Positions 32,203 to 42,158 of a stretch of 64,000 bases of DNA are shown piece after piece. The notes below the pieces were generated by a model, which was not told the origin of the DNA, did no database searches, and saw nothing but the letters and a program-made list of their open reading frames with translations. The DNA is from a virus. Lineage: Duplodnaviria; Caudoviricetes. Location: positions 96,001 to 160,000 of IMG/VR virus record IMGVR_UViG_3300035498_000530. One strand, written 5' to 3'. The position numbers were made by a program, and so were the translations under genes. Position 1 is the first letter of the stretch; every line of letters starts with the position of its first letter.

Positions 32203-33445
32203 TGGTTTAGGCTCTAATTATGAAGTAGCCGCTGATGAAAGTTATACATACCCGACTGGTTCTGGTAGAATTTTAGCAGAAGCAGCACAGAATGATCTTA
32301 ATATGTTTAGTGCTCTTATTGCTAGAGACTTTGAAGAAGCTGCATATATCCAGGAAGGATATGGTGGCTTTAGTGTAGAAGTAATCACTGAAGGAGTAAC
32401 AGGTATCTTCGGTAAGATTAAAGAACTTTTCCTTAAGCTTCTTGCTAAGATTAAGGGTCTTTTTAAGTCATTTATGGCTAAGTTTGATGCAGTAGTTATC
32501 AAAGATAATAAGAAGTACTTTGATAAATACAAATCTGTTGTTAACAGTGGTAATGTAAAGTGGGATGGTTTCAAGTGCAAGTATCAGAAGCCAAAGAAAG
32601 ATGTAGGTGGCCTTACTATTGCTGAAGGTGCTGCTGTTGATGTATATAATAATACTAAGTTTGGCTCTAATAAGCTTGGTTATGACGAAAGTACATATGA
32701 AAAGGTATTTGAAGATGATGCTGCTCATATTGCATTCGTTAATGCTCTTACTGGTCTTAAAATTACAGAACTTGCTGATTTTGAAAAAGAATTCCATGAA
32801 TCTCTTTTTGAAGATGAGGAAGAATTAGACGACACAAGTGCAGCTACTGCTAAGTCTTCTATAGAATCTATTATGATAGCTGGTGATAAGTATGGCAAGA
32901 CTGTAACAAAGAATCTTGATGATTTTGATAAAGCTATCAAGAAACTTGTAAGAATTACAGAAGACCAGGCTAAGGCTATAGAAAAGATATATCCTACTGG
33001 TATTGATTATGAAAAGGGCAAAGAATCTGAAAAATCTAATTACAAAATTACAAGTACAATAGGCGGTCGTGGTGATAATACTGAATTTGATACAAGCAGT
33101 GATGATAATTCAATTAATAATAATAGATTAGCATCATATAAAGGCACGGAAGATGGTTCAAAAAATAAAGAAAAAACTGCAACAGCGGTTGGTTATAGTC
33201 TTAAAGTTGCTAATGCTTATCATAAACTTGCAGAAGTATTCCAGGTTTCTGCAACCAAGGTTCATACAGCTTATCTTAACGAACTCAAGTTTACTACAAA
33301 GCAGGCTAGAACTGTATATGCTGCTATGGTAGCACATGCATCTAGATATAAGAATAAAGTAGTAGCAGATAACTCATCTGCATTGCTTTATGTTGCACAG
33401 GAAGCAGCAGGTTATGAATTCGATTCAGATTTTGAACTTGCTTAA
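32174..33445 (+). CDS. Internal head protein paralog 1
   Basis: Propeptide-like N-terminus, then VITE/G, an amphipathic helix and DNKKYFDKYK, a pattern shared with the next three genes. Confidence 0.6.
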   Translation: MGLFSKNDYIGLGSNYEVAADESYTYPTGSGRILAEAAQNDLNMFSALIARDFEEAAYIQEGYGGFSVEVITEGVTGIFGKIKELFLKLLAKIKGLFKSFMAKFDAVVIKDNKKYFDKYKSVVNSGNVKWDGFKCKYQKPKKDVGGLTIAEGAAVDVYNNTKFGSNKLGYDESTYEKVFEDDAAHIAFVNALTGLKITELADFEKEFHESLFEDEEELDDTSAATAKSSIESIMIAGDKYGKTVTKNLDDFDKAIKKLVRITEDQAKAIEKIYPTGIDYEKGKESEKSNYKITSTIGGRGDNTEFDTSSDDNSINNNRLASYKGTEDGSKNKEKTATAVGYSLKVANAYHKLAEVFQVSATKVHTAYLNELKFTTKQARTVYAAMVAHASRYKNKVVADNSSALLYVAQEAAGYEFDSDFELA

Positions 33446-33501
33446 TAAATAATATTAAAGGAGGAAAATATAATGGGATTATTTTCTAAAAATGATTATA
33501 T
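33445..33501 (+). repeat. 57-bp perfect direct repeat, copy 2
   Basis: Identical to 32146-32202. Confidence 0.95.
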
Positions 33502-34678
33502 CACAGAAGGTTATTTAAATAGTGGTATAATGAATGAAAGTATTGATACACCATCTATTTATGATGGTAGATATGACCATACAACTATGGAATCAGCATT
33601 CAGAATTGTTGCTGAAACCGAACAGAACTATACAAATATTATGAAAGCTGTTGGTGTAGAAGAACTTGCAGCTTTTGAAGAAGGCAGAGAATTTGTTCTT
33701 GAAGCAGGTTTCTTGGACAAGATTGTTTCTGTTCTTAAAGGTCTTTGGGAAAAGGTTAAAGGTCTCTTCAGAAAGTTTATTGCAGCTATTGATTCTGCAA
33801 CTAAGTCTGATAAGGACTTTATTAATAAATATAAGTCATACCTTATGAAGCCAGGTGTACTTAAAGATTTTAAGTACAAGGGCTACAAGTTTACTATTAG
33901 TCCAAATCCAACTGGTGCAATTTTGGATGATAGCAAAGCAGTAGAAGCTTCTCCATTAGCAAAACTTATAGGTACAGCTATAGCTACTGGTTCTACTGCA
34001 GCTATAGAAAGTATTCTTAATGATGATACTAAGATATCAACTATTAAGAGTACTATAACAGACTTTAATGAAAAATGGGATGATACGATTTCAGATAACT
34101 TAAGATCTGAAATTGTTACTACATTTATATCAAAAACATCTAATGCTCAGTCTACTTCATCATCTAAATCTATGGATGCAGAAGAAGCAGGAACAGCATT
34201 GTTTGAAGCTTATAGAAATGGAGATTCAGATAAAACTGAATTAGAGGGCAATGACATTGATCTCTCTGCTATTTCACTTGAACTCGGCAATTCAGCTGAA
34301 GTTAAGAAAACAGCAAATAGAATATTCAAAGATGCTCAGAAAGCATTTGATGATGCTATAAAGAAAGCAGAAAAACTTTCAAATGAGACTTTGAAGAAGA
34401 TTCCTGGTAAGGATGCTGATAAAGATAAAGCTGCTCTTGAAACACGTAAGCAGGAAGTTATAAATCAGGCTTTGAATATAATTTCAAGAGTTCTTACATT
34501 TAACAAGAATGTAAATACAGTTTGTATCAATGCATATCTTAAAGCTCTTGATGACAGATCTAAGCAGAATAAAGCTATCTGTGTAGCTCTTGTTAATAGA
34601 GGCACAAATGTTAAGACAGAAAGTGTTGATTATACATCAGCAAATGAAAGTTACTTAGGTAACGTAAAGTTAATTTAA
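33473..34678 (+). CDS. Internal head protein paralog 2
   Basis: FVLE/A, amphipathic helix, SDKDFINKYK. Confidence 0.6.
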   Translation: MGLFSKNDYITEGYLNSGIMNESIDTPSIYDGRYDHTTMESAFRIVAETEQNYTNIMKAVGVEELAAFEEGREFVLEAGFLDKIVSVLKGLWEKVKGLFRKFIAAIDSATKSDKDFINKYKSYLMKPGVLKDFKYKGYKFTISPNPTGAILDDSKAVEASPLAKLIGTAIATGSTAAIESILNDDTKISTIKSTITDFNEKWDDTISDNLRSEIVTTFISKTSNAQSTSSSKSMDAEEAGTALFEAYRNGDSDKTELEGNDIDLSAISLELGNSAEVKKTANRIFKDAQKAFDDAIKKAEKLSNETLKKIPGKDADKDKAALETRKQEVINQALNIISRVLTFNKNVNTVCINAYLKALDDRSKQNKAICVALVNRGTNVKTESVDYTSANESYLGNVKLI

Positions 34679-34704
34679 TTATCTAAGTCCAAAATTAATA
34701 TAAC

Positions 34705-34740
34705 AATACGGATTACCTACAATGGTAATCCGTATTTTCT
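34705..34740 (+). terminator. Intrinsic terminator/attenuating hairpin
   Basis: aatacggattacc-tacaat-ggtaatccgtatt followed by ttcttt. Confidence 0.75.
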
Positions 34741-34764
34741 TTATAAAGAAAGGAGTTTTATAAG

Positions 34765-36096
34765 ATGAGTGTATTTACTAAAAGTATTGACTTTTCTACT
34801 TATAATACACCTATGAATATTACATTAGAATCAAATACAAGAAATGTATATAGTGAATCTTATTTTGCTTCTACATGTGATTTCTTAGTTGATATTAATG
34901 AGGAATACAATCATAATACAAAGGTTTTATATAAATCTTTGTTGGAATCTGGAAACGATCAAATGGTTATTACAGAATCATTTGATGAATTTTTTGATAA
35001 AGCTAAAGATATCATAGATAAGGTGATAGAGTTTATTAAGTCTCTTGTAAAGAGATTTATTACAGCTCTTAATAAGCTTATCAGTAATGATAATTATATA
35101 AAGAAACACAAAGGAGATTTTAGTCATTTTTCTAGTGATAATGATTTCTCTTTTGATGGTTACAACTATACATTCAAACCTAATATTCCATCATTAAATG
35201 CATTAGAATCATTTAGTGATGAATTTATGTTTGGTAATAGACAAGCTGCTGATAATCTTAAGAAATCATTTGAAAAAATGAATAGCCAGAATATTGAATC
35301 TAATGGCACTCATATAGCAACAGAAGAAGTTATAAATTCTCTTTCTAAATACTATCAAAAGCTTACTGAGGATCTTGAACATAATTATTATGATAGATTC
35401 CGTGGTAAAGTTCTTGATAAAGATGAACTTATAAGTTCTAATGAATATGCTAATGAGTTATTTAGTGTATATAGAGATGGTACTTCAGATACTGAAAGTA
35501 TTGATGTAAACTCTACTTATGTTCATAATTCTATAGATAGATATATGAATTATAATAAAGCTATATCAGAAATCAAGAAGTATCAGAGTAATGTAGAGAA
35601 AGAGTATAAAGCTCTTAAGAATAGTATTGAAGAAATGCAGAAGACTAACTATAAAGATGGTAAGAGTTCTGTATCAATACTCTTCCCAGGAGAAGAAACT
35701 CCTATAAATGTAACTTACTCAAATGAACTCATGAATTCAATTAATACTTGGTGTAAAGCTAAGGTTAATCAAGTTCAGGAAATAACTAATATTCATTCTT
35801 TGGCATTTTCTGCTAAGTTGGATGCTGTAAATAATTGCTACAAGCAGGATAAAGCTGTTCTTTATCAGGCTTTGAATAATATGCAGAAGACTACTAAGAT
35901 TAAAGAAGATGCTGAACTTTCATATATATTTGGAAAGAATGAACAACCAGAAATTAAGGTTTCTGATTCTTTGGTTAATTATAAAGATAAAGGAGAATTA
36001 TATGATACTCCTTTGAGGGATGATGATATTAAAGAAAAAGAACCTGCGAGAATATCACAATTTTCAAGTCTTATTAAAGATTTGAAACTTAAATAA
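34765..36096 (+). CDS. Internal head protein paralog 3
   Basis: VITE/S, amphipathic helix, NDNYIKKHK. Shares GY.YT and LF..YR.G.SD with paralog 2. Confidence 0.6.
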   Translation: MSVFTKSIDFSTYNTPMNITLESNTRNVYSESYFASTCDFLVDINEEYNHNTKVLYKSLLESGNDQMVITESFDEFFDKAKDIIDKVIEFIKSLVKRFITALNKLISNDNYIKKHKGDFSHFSSDNDFSFDGYNYTFKPNIPSLNALESFSDEFMFGNRQAADNLKKSFEKMNSQNIESNGTHIATEEVINSLSKYYQKLTEDLEHNYYDRFRGKVLDKDELISSNEYANELFSVYRDGTSDTESIDVNSTYVHNSIDRYMNYNKAISEIKKYQSNVEKEYKALKNSIEEMQKTNYKDGKSSVSILFPGEETPINVTYSNELMNSINTWCKAKVNQVQEITNIHSLAFSAKLDAVNNCYKQDKAVLYQALNNMQKTTKIKEDAELSYIFGKNEQPEIKVSDSLVNYKDKGELYDTPLRDDDIKEKEPARISQFSSLIKDLKLK

Positions 36097-36111
36097 TTGG
36101 AGGTGTGAATT

Positions 36112-37830
36112 GTGGTAGATTCAAGTTATTATACAACTAAATCATCATACTTCCGTTTGATGTCAGAAAGAGCTATTCAGGATAATAATATGAAAAAGTT
36201 CTTTTCAGCATGTGAAATAGTAATGGAAGGTTATGATAGTATAGATATATTGAATGAAGGTGTTGGTGACAATCTTAAGAATGGTTGGAACAAATTCATT
36301 CAGTTCATAAAAGAAACATTTGCTAAGTTTAATGAGTCTTTATCAAATCTTTTTAACAGTGAAAAAGGTTGGTTAGATCAGTATAAAGATATTATTCTTA
36401 AGAAAAGACCAGATGAAAATATATCATTTGATGATTTTCCAGCATATGATATAGGTATACAGAGAATTAGTAGAGCAACTGTTCCTCTGTTTAATCCAGA
36501 TAGCGATGCAGAAATATTGAAAGATTCAGAAAGTTTTCTTAAGCATATATGCCCTAATATAGGAGAAAGTATGAATACTTTATTCCCAGAAGGCGTAGAT
36601 AAGAATACTAGTTCTGGTCTTACTACATACTTCAAAGGTGGAGAACCAAGACAAGGTGTAAAAATAACAGATCTTAATATGACTGACTTGTGGAATTTCT
36701 GTTATAATTATAAGACCCTTGCTAGCTATATTGAAAAAGATAATAAAGCTATTACATCAAGTGTAAATAATGCTAATAAAGCAATAACTGATGCTATTAG
36801 TAATCTTGATGAGAAGGATAAAGCTACTACAACAGAGCAACCTAAAGGTTCTGGCACAGATAATAAAACTGAAGAAGAAAATAAAGATGAAAATCAAGTT
36901 GATGAAAAAACTAGTGCAGAAGAAAAAAGTAAACTTGAGACTCAAATAAATAATGTACCAGATCCAGTAGATGATAATACATATAATTCTGCAAATACAC
37001 AAACAGAAGAAATATCAACAACATTTAATAATTCAAAAACAAAAATGACTGATGCTGATAAAAAGTCAATTATAACCAAATTCAAGAATTTGATAGATAA
37101 AATCAATAAAAATAAGTATATGACTGAAAAGAAAAAAACTTTGTCTGTTAAAAATGTATCAGAATCAGTATTGTATGCTTATGACGTTATTAATGAAGAT
37201 ATCAAGAAAACTCCAAATTCTACATCATCTTCATCTGCTCAAAGCACGGGTGTTTATTCGGATAAAACCACATCTGCTAATAAACAGAATATTGGAAATA
37301 CAATAGAAGATAGAAAAGCTAATGCAAATAACGCTGCAAATAATAATGGTGGTGATAAAGCAAAAGCTGTTGATGAAATTACAAATAAACTTAATATATA
37401 TCAGAAATGTGCTCAAGATGTTATGGTTGCAAAATCTTCTGCAATACAGACTATATTTAAAGATTATATGACTGTAATGAGGGAGCATGTAAGATCTATT
37501 GTTGGTAAAGAAGACCAGACAGCAAATGTAGCTCAACAGGCATCTACCAATACTGCTGATACTTCTAGATATTCACAAGCTAGATTTGATGATATAAAGA
37601 GAGTTAAGAATGCATACGATGCTGCAGATCCATCCAACAAGGATGATAAGAGTACAAAACTTACACAGTATGCTGATACTGTAAAGAAAATATATGGTAC
37701 TGATGCTTGGAATAAGAGATTTGCAGAATTGGGTAAAGATAGTGAAAGAACAGCTAATTACTTCGCTAATTCTTTCTTAAATGGTTATAATAAAGCAAAC
37801 AATTCTACAGTATCTTGGGATAATAAGTAA
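36112..37830 (+). CDS. Internal head protein paralog 4 (with low-complexity insertions)
   Basis: ILNE/G, amphipathic helix, SEKGWLDQYK. GTG start after GGAGG. Confidence 0.55.
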   Translation: MVDSSYYTTKSSYFRLMSERAIQDNNMKKFFSACEIVMEGYDSIDILNEGVGDNLKNGWNKFIQFIKETFAKFNESLSNLFNSEKGWLDQYKDIILKKRPDENISFDDFPAYDIGIQRISRATVPLFNPDSDAEILKDSESFLKHICPNIGESMNTLFPEGVDKNTSSGLTTYFKGGEPRQGVKITDLNMTDLWNFCYNYKTLASYIEKDNKAITSSVNNANKAITDAISNLDEKDKATTTEQPKGSGTDNKTEEENKDENQVDEKTSAEEKSKLETQINNVPDPVDDNTYNSANTQTEEISTTFNNSKTKMTDADKKSIITKFKNLIDKINKNKYMTEKKKTLSVKNVSESVLYAYDVINEDIKKTPNSTSSSSAQSTGVYSDKTTSANKQNIGNTIEDRKANANNAANNNGGDKAKAVDEITNKLNIYQKCAQDVMVAKSSAIQTIFKDYMTVMREHVRSIVGKEDQTANVAQQASTNTADTSRYSQARFDDIKRVKNAYDAADPSNKDDKSTKLTQYADTVKKIYGTDAWNKRFAELGKDSERTANYFANSFLNGYNKANNSTVSWDNK

Positions 37831-37837
37831 AAATAAT

Positions 37838-37864
37838 TCCGAAGGGTAATAACTACCCTTCGGA
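37838..37864. terminator. Bidirectional terminator
   Basis: tccgaagggta-ataac-tacccttcgga between convergent genes. Confidence 0.85.
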
Positions 37865-37875
37865 TATCTTTTTCT

Positions 37876-39201
37876 TTATAGTAGACTATCTAAATCAAGA
37901 TCTGAATTTCCAAATAACCTGTTTATTATTATAGTATTCTTATCTGCATCTTCTCTAGAACTTTCTATTAACTTTTCTGGATCTACTCTAGATAAATCTA
38001 GCATAGCATTACACATAAATAGATCTGTTCCTTCTTTGATGAATAATTCTCTTTTTCTTGTTAGAATATATACACCATTAGTATCCAAATGTGCTGCATT
38101 GTATACCACATACTGTAAATTTGGATTTAATACTGATACATCTACATCATTCTTATTAATAGATAAAGTAACAGCAGAATGTTCTATTGATGATGTAATA
38201 TTTTTAACAGCATTAGGGTTACTTTGCCTAATTCTTATACTCTGAGATTTAGAATCTGAAGTATAAGAACTACTATTTATATTCTCTAATGAAGTTGATG
38301 ATTTGGATCCTTGAGTATCAACAGAATCAATTTGATTGAATTTCTTTTCTGTTGTATTATCTTTCTGGATCTGAGAATCTTGGAAACTTACATACATATA
38401 GTATCCATTATTCTTTTCAGCCAAACCAACTATATTAGAGTTTACATCTAACGCAGTTTTACCAATATCAACTATAACTCTATCATGTATATCATTTTTC
38501 TTTTTTGTAGCCACACCTGAACTACTAAGGATATATGTCATATCCTTATCGACAAAATATCTATAGTTAGTATTATAGAATACTCTATTACTATTAAGAT
38601 ATTCTATAATAGCAGCCACGCTATCAGTTGGAGGTATTATCAATTGAGATATATTTGTATCATATAACAAAGGCTCAAGTAATACATCCATATGAGAAGT
38701 TGCAGTATATATAGCATTAGTCATAGTAGTATTTACTAATACTGTACTTATAGTTTTTTTATTCTTATTTACTATATTAAGCTGAAGTAAACCTATCTGA
38801 ACATCTTTGAATAAGTCTTCTCTATCTGCTTCACTTCCAGAATACTGCATTTCTGTATCTACATTACCGGATTCTGATTTAATCATATATATGAACTGTT
38901 CTTGGAAATATATTTCATCTAATTCAACATCTGCACTATTGTTGAATTTATATACAGTCATATTAATAAGATTATCAGAAGCATTATCTACCATATCTTT
39001 AATAAGCTTCTGATCCAAACTTGCAGATACATAAATCTGAGGCATATTGGCATTACTAGAGTATGCATAATCTATACATACACTTTTTACGCATATTGGG
39101 AGAATCTGTGTAGATTCTCCTGTTTTTGTATTTACATACAACAAGTCAATTTTATATTTATAGGTACTAGTATCTAATTCTAAATCATTAGTTAAAGACA
39201 T
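37876..39201 (-). CDS. Putative baseplate hub-like virion protein
   Basis: Beta-rich ORF under a late promoter. The IDY.Y...MPQI, YRYFVD and GVYILTRK layout is reminiscent of hub proteins. ATG 39201 follows GAGGTG. Confidence 0.45.
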   Translation of the reverse strand: MSLTNDLELDTSTYKYKIDLLYVNTKTGESTQILPICVKSVCIDYAYSSNANMPQIYVSASLDQKLIKDMVDNASDNLINMTVYKFNNSADVELDEIYFQEQFIYMIKSESGNVDTEMQYSGSEADREDLFKDVQIGLLQLNIVNKNKKTISTVLVNTTMTNAIYTATSHMDVLLEPLLYDTNISQLIIPPTDSVAAIIEYLNSNRVFYNTNYRYFVDKDMTYILSSSGVATKKKNDIHDRVIVDIGKTALDVNSNIVGLAEKNNGYYMYVSFQDSQIQKDNTTEKKFNQIDSVDTQGSKSSTSLENINSSSYTSDSKSQSIRIRQSNPNAVKNITSSIEHSAVTLSINKNDVDVSVLNPNLQYVVYNAAHLDTNGVYILTRKRELFIKEGTDLFMCNAMLDLSRVDPEKLIESSREDADKNTIIINRLFGNSDLDLDSLL

Positions 39202-39228
39202 ATAAATCACCTCTTAAACAAAAAATAA

Positions 39229-39258
39229 AGGTAGTGGGTTTACCACTACCTAAATGTT
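39229..39258 (-). terminator. Terminator hairpin with overlapping late promoter (AACA-TTTAGG-TA)
   Basis: aggtagtgg/ccactacct stem with a minus-strand U-tract; promoter motif at 39258-39247. Confidence 0.7.
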
Positions 39259-39264
39259 GTCCTA

Positions 39265-40344
39265 TTATAATCGTATAAGATCAATAGGATTATTTCTAAA
39301 GTATTTATCATTTATCTCATTAAGACTCTTAGGATCATACAAATCTATAATTGGATCTATACTACTTAATGGGCTATTAGAAAACATAAGTTCTTGAATT
39401 TTAGCAGAAAAAGCAAAATAGTTCTGCTGTATTTTCAAAGCTGTTTCTGAGTCTGCCAATCCTGGTTTAATTAGGAAGTCATTAATCGTATTTTCGTTAA
39501 AAAAGTGCTTATTAAGTAAAGTTCCATTCATTATACCATTTTCGATCATTTTTAATGTCTTTTTGATATTGAATGTACATTTTATAGATCTCTTATCATA
39601 TCCATTCATAGCCATAACTAATGGTATTAATTCTAATGATATACTATTCTTAGAAGTATCAGTTAATACTCCTTTCTTATATACATAATAGAATTCAGAA
39701 AATTTTGTTTCTCTTTGAGATACAAGAGTTGATATATCTGAAGCTCCACTATAATCAAATACTTTATCTGGATATAACATTATTCCTTTATTGTAAAATG
39801 CTGGAATTTGTGCTACTAAAGCATCTCTACTTACAATCAATGATGGAACATTATATCTATTACAGTAGTGTAATATTACTGCAGAAGATTCAAACTCTTC
39901 TGATTCAGTATTTATAAGATATATTCCTGGAACGTATTTGATAAGACTCTTTAATAGTTCCATATTCTGCTTTATATTATTAAGCAATCTTTGATTATAC
40001 TGTACTCTTTTTATATAATCAGAATTATAATCCATACAATATGATTTGCATGTATTATATATACCTTGATATGATGCTACTATAAAACATCTTGTATTTA
40101 CTCCCAAATTGTTAAATATGCATTTATAATGAATACAAGCATTTATCAATCCAGAACAAATCTCTGTGCTTTCATATATAGTAAAGTTTATTCTATTTAA
40201 TAATGATCTGAATATTGATGCAGCATCAATATAAATATCTACATCATTACCAGTCATCTCACTAAATCCCATATAAATTAAATCATTCAATAGATTATAT
40301 TTAGTCAGATAAAGCAGAATAGTATTCTGAATCCCTGCTTTCAT
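39265..40344 (-). CDS. Divergent PIN/FEN (T4 RNase H-like) 5'-3' nuclease-fold protein
   Basis: IYIDAAS, EEFES, LIVSRD..VAQ and MNG motifs are spaced like FEN/RNase H motifs but lack several acidic residues. Start uncertain (40344, 40356 or 40398). Confidence 0.4.
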   Translation of the reverse strand: MKAGIQNTILLYLTKYNLLNDLIYMGFSEMTGNDVDIYIDAASIFRSLLNRINFTIYESTEICSGLINACIHYKCIFNNLGVNTRCFIVASYQGIYNTCKSYCMDYNSDYIKRVQYNQRLLNNIKQNMELLKSLIKYVPGIYLINTESEEFESSAVILHYCNRYNVPSLIVSRDALVAQIPAFYNKGIMLYPDKVFDYSGASDISTLVSQRETKFSEFYYVYKKGVLTDTSKNSISLELIPLVMAMNGYDKRSIKCTFNIKKTLKMIENGIMNGTLLNKHFFNENTINDFLIKPGLADSETALKIQQNYFAFSAKIQELMFSNSPLSSIDPIIDLYDPKSLNEINDKYFRNNPIDLIRL

Positions 40345-40729
40345 TTGATGGATCATCTCCTTCTGATAAGTACTGATTGAATTCGCTTTCCTTTTCAATC
40401 GGTTTTTCTTTACATTCTGTACAATAATTCCTATGTCCTATTAAGACATGTCTTAATGCTTTAAGACAATCTTCACATATAGGAATTCTTATATTCTCTA
40501 CATTAGCTTTAAACTCAGTATCGCATATAATACAATTTGATACTAATCCTTTATCATGTATTGGTAATTGAGAATATAAACAAGTTTCAAATGTACAACT
40601 TCCTTCAGATTCCCATTTAGTGTGCAAATGACAATTTGGATTAGGACACTCATCAAATGCAACGTCTTCTTCTGTTACAACTTTAGTTCCTAATCCGGTA
40701 CTTCCTTTGATCATATCTTCAAAAGCCAT
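40301..40729 (-). CDS. Cys-rich zinc-finger protein
   Basis: CPNPNC..C..C, CIIC..CEDC and CTEC motifs. Confidence 0.6.
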   Translation of the reverse strand: MAFEDMIKGSTGLGTKVVTEEDVAFDECPNPNCHLHTKWESEGSCTFETCLYSQLPIHDKGLVSNCIICDTEFKANVENIRIPICEDCLKALRHVLIGHRNYCTECKEKPIEKESEFNQYLSEGDDPSNESRDSEYYSALSD

Positions 40730-40734
40730 AATTA

Positions 40735-41079
40735 TCACCCCAATATCTTTCTAGGATCATAATAATCCTCTTCTTCCATATCTTCTTCATCTCTAGCATT
40801 TAAAGCATCTAATAAAGTAGCTGTATTACCATAGCCTTCTTTTACAAGAGCTTCTGCTAATTCATGAGGACCTTCTTCTGTTAAGAATGTAACACCTTTA
40901 CCTGGGCGTTCTCCTTCTTTAGTAGAAGTCCATCTTCTTAACTCAAGTTTATAATCATTATCAAACCACTTTACTTTTCTAAGTGCAAGATAGTTTGATC
41001 CTTTCTCATCTACAATTAGATTTACTCCATTCTCATCTATAGAGAATGTGAAATCCATATCATTACTTTTATCTCTCAT
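40735..41079 (-). CDS. PC4/YdbC-like ssDNA-binding protein
   Basis: LRKVKW..KLELRRW..PGKGVTF matches the PC4/YdbC pattern; acidic tail. Confidence 0.7.
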   Translation of the reverse strand: MRDKSNDMDFTFSIDENGVNLIVDEKGSNYLALRKVKWFDNDYKLELRRWTSTKEGERPGKGVTFLTEEGPHELAEALVKEGYGNTATLLDALNARDEEDMEEEDYYDPRKILG

Positions 41080-41108
41080 TTATATTACCTCCATTAGTAA
41101 AAAATAAA

Positions 41109-41133
41109 AGAGTGCAGAATAAATCCGCACTCT
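41109..41133 (-). terminator. Intrinsic terminator
   Basis: agagtgc/gcactct stem with a minus-strand U-tract. Confidence 0.6.
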
Positions 41134-41140
41134 AATTATT

Positions 41141-42040
41141 TTAACGTTTATTGTACTGATACTGACTGAATCTATCGTTTGCTCTATTCTGAGGCAAGCT
41201 GCGTTCAAAATGTGCTATTGCTATAGGATCAGCTTTCAAAATTTCAATAAGCTGATCTCCTGTAACGCAATCAATTCTATTCATAAAATGAGCATCATAC
41301 ACATAATTTTCAGTTTTTGATCTGTACTTATTTCCCTTATTATACATAAATTTTAAAAACAGATTAAGATTTATGCTATTAACAACAGATTCTATATCTC
41401 TTCTTCCAAAATCACCATTAGAAGAATACTCATAATAGTATCCACTACCTATTTTGAGTTTTCCATCTTCTACTGATTGACCTTCTGTTCTAAAATAGAA
41501 ATTTTCAGTAATTCCCTCTTTTCTGCTTTCATTAATTATGAATTTCGTAAAGAAAACTTCAGCATATTCTGTTAATTTGTGGCTAATAGAATTACACACA
41601 TCACCATTATTAGCTACAGTTACATAAGCTTCTCCACTATTTCCAGTCGGAATTGCATTTTTGATTGATTCTATAGCATATACTGCATCTGAGTCTTTAC
41701 TTTTTTGATTTTCATCTATAGGACCAAACTTAAATTCTACCATCAAGTTATTAGTACTTGTAGTATTAGGAGGATAAATATGAGCTCCTAAAAAATCTTT
41801 AAACAATCCTGACATAAATTTATTTATGTCAGCTGTAAGATCACTTAATTGCATAAAAGAAGATCCTTTCAGAATTATTAAATCCATAGGATCTTCTACC
41901 ATATTATCGATATCATCTTGAATTGATTTATCGATTTTATGAGGCTGAATAACTGATGTTGGTTTTTCCAACACTGGTCTCTGGTTGTTTCTAAACCTAT
42001 CAATTTCTTTTTCCTTTTTTCTCCATACGCCTGATATCAT
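41141..42040 (-). CDS. Hypothetical protein
   Basis: 299-aa ORF with AAGGAG RBS; both promoter types upstream. Confidence 0.65.
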   Translation of the reverse strand: MISGVWRKKEKEIDRFRNNQRPVLEKPTSVIQPHKIDKSIQDDIDNMVEDPMDLIILKGSSFMQLSDLTADINKFMSGLFKDFLGAHIYPPNTTSTNNLMVEFKFGPIDENQKSKDSDAVYAIESIKNAIPTGNSGEAYVTVANNGDVCNSISHKLTEYAEVFFTKFIINESRKEGITENFYFRTEGQSVEDGKLKIGSGYYYEYSSNGDFGRRDIESVVNSINLNLFLKFMYNKGNKYRSKTENYVYDAHFMNRIDCVTGDQLIEILKADPIAIAHFERSLPQNRANDRFSQYQYNKR

Positions 42041-42158
42041 AATGCAGGTCTCCTTTCATTGTTTAGTATATTATTTTTAAGTAAATGTTTTCAATACAGT
42101 ATAATTTAACAATACTGTCTTGAATCAATATAATAATATATTATCAAGATAATTTTTA

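Noticed and set aside
32146-33501. 57-bp repeat as attachment sites or a diversity-generating retroelement TR/VR pair
   Set aside because: No integrase or reverse transcriptase in the window, no adenine-specific mismatches, and the repeat coincides exactly with translation starts.
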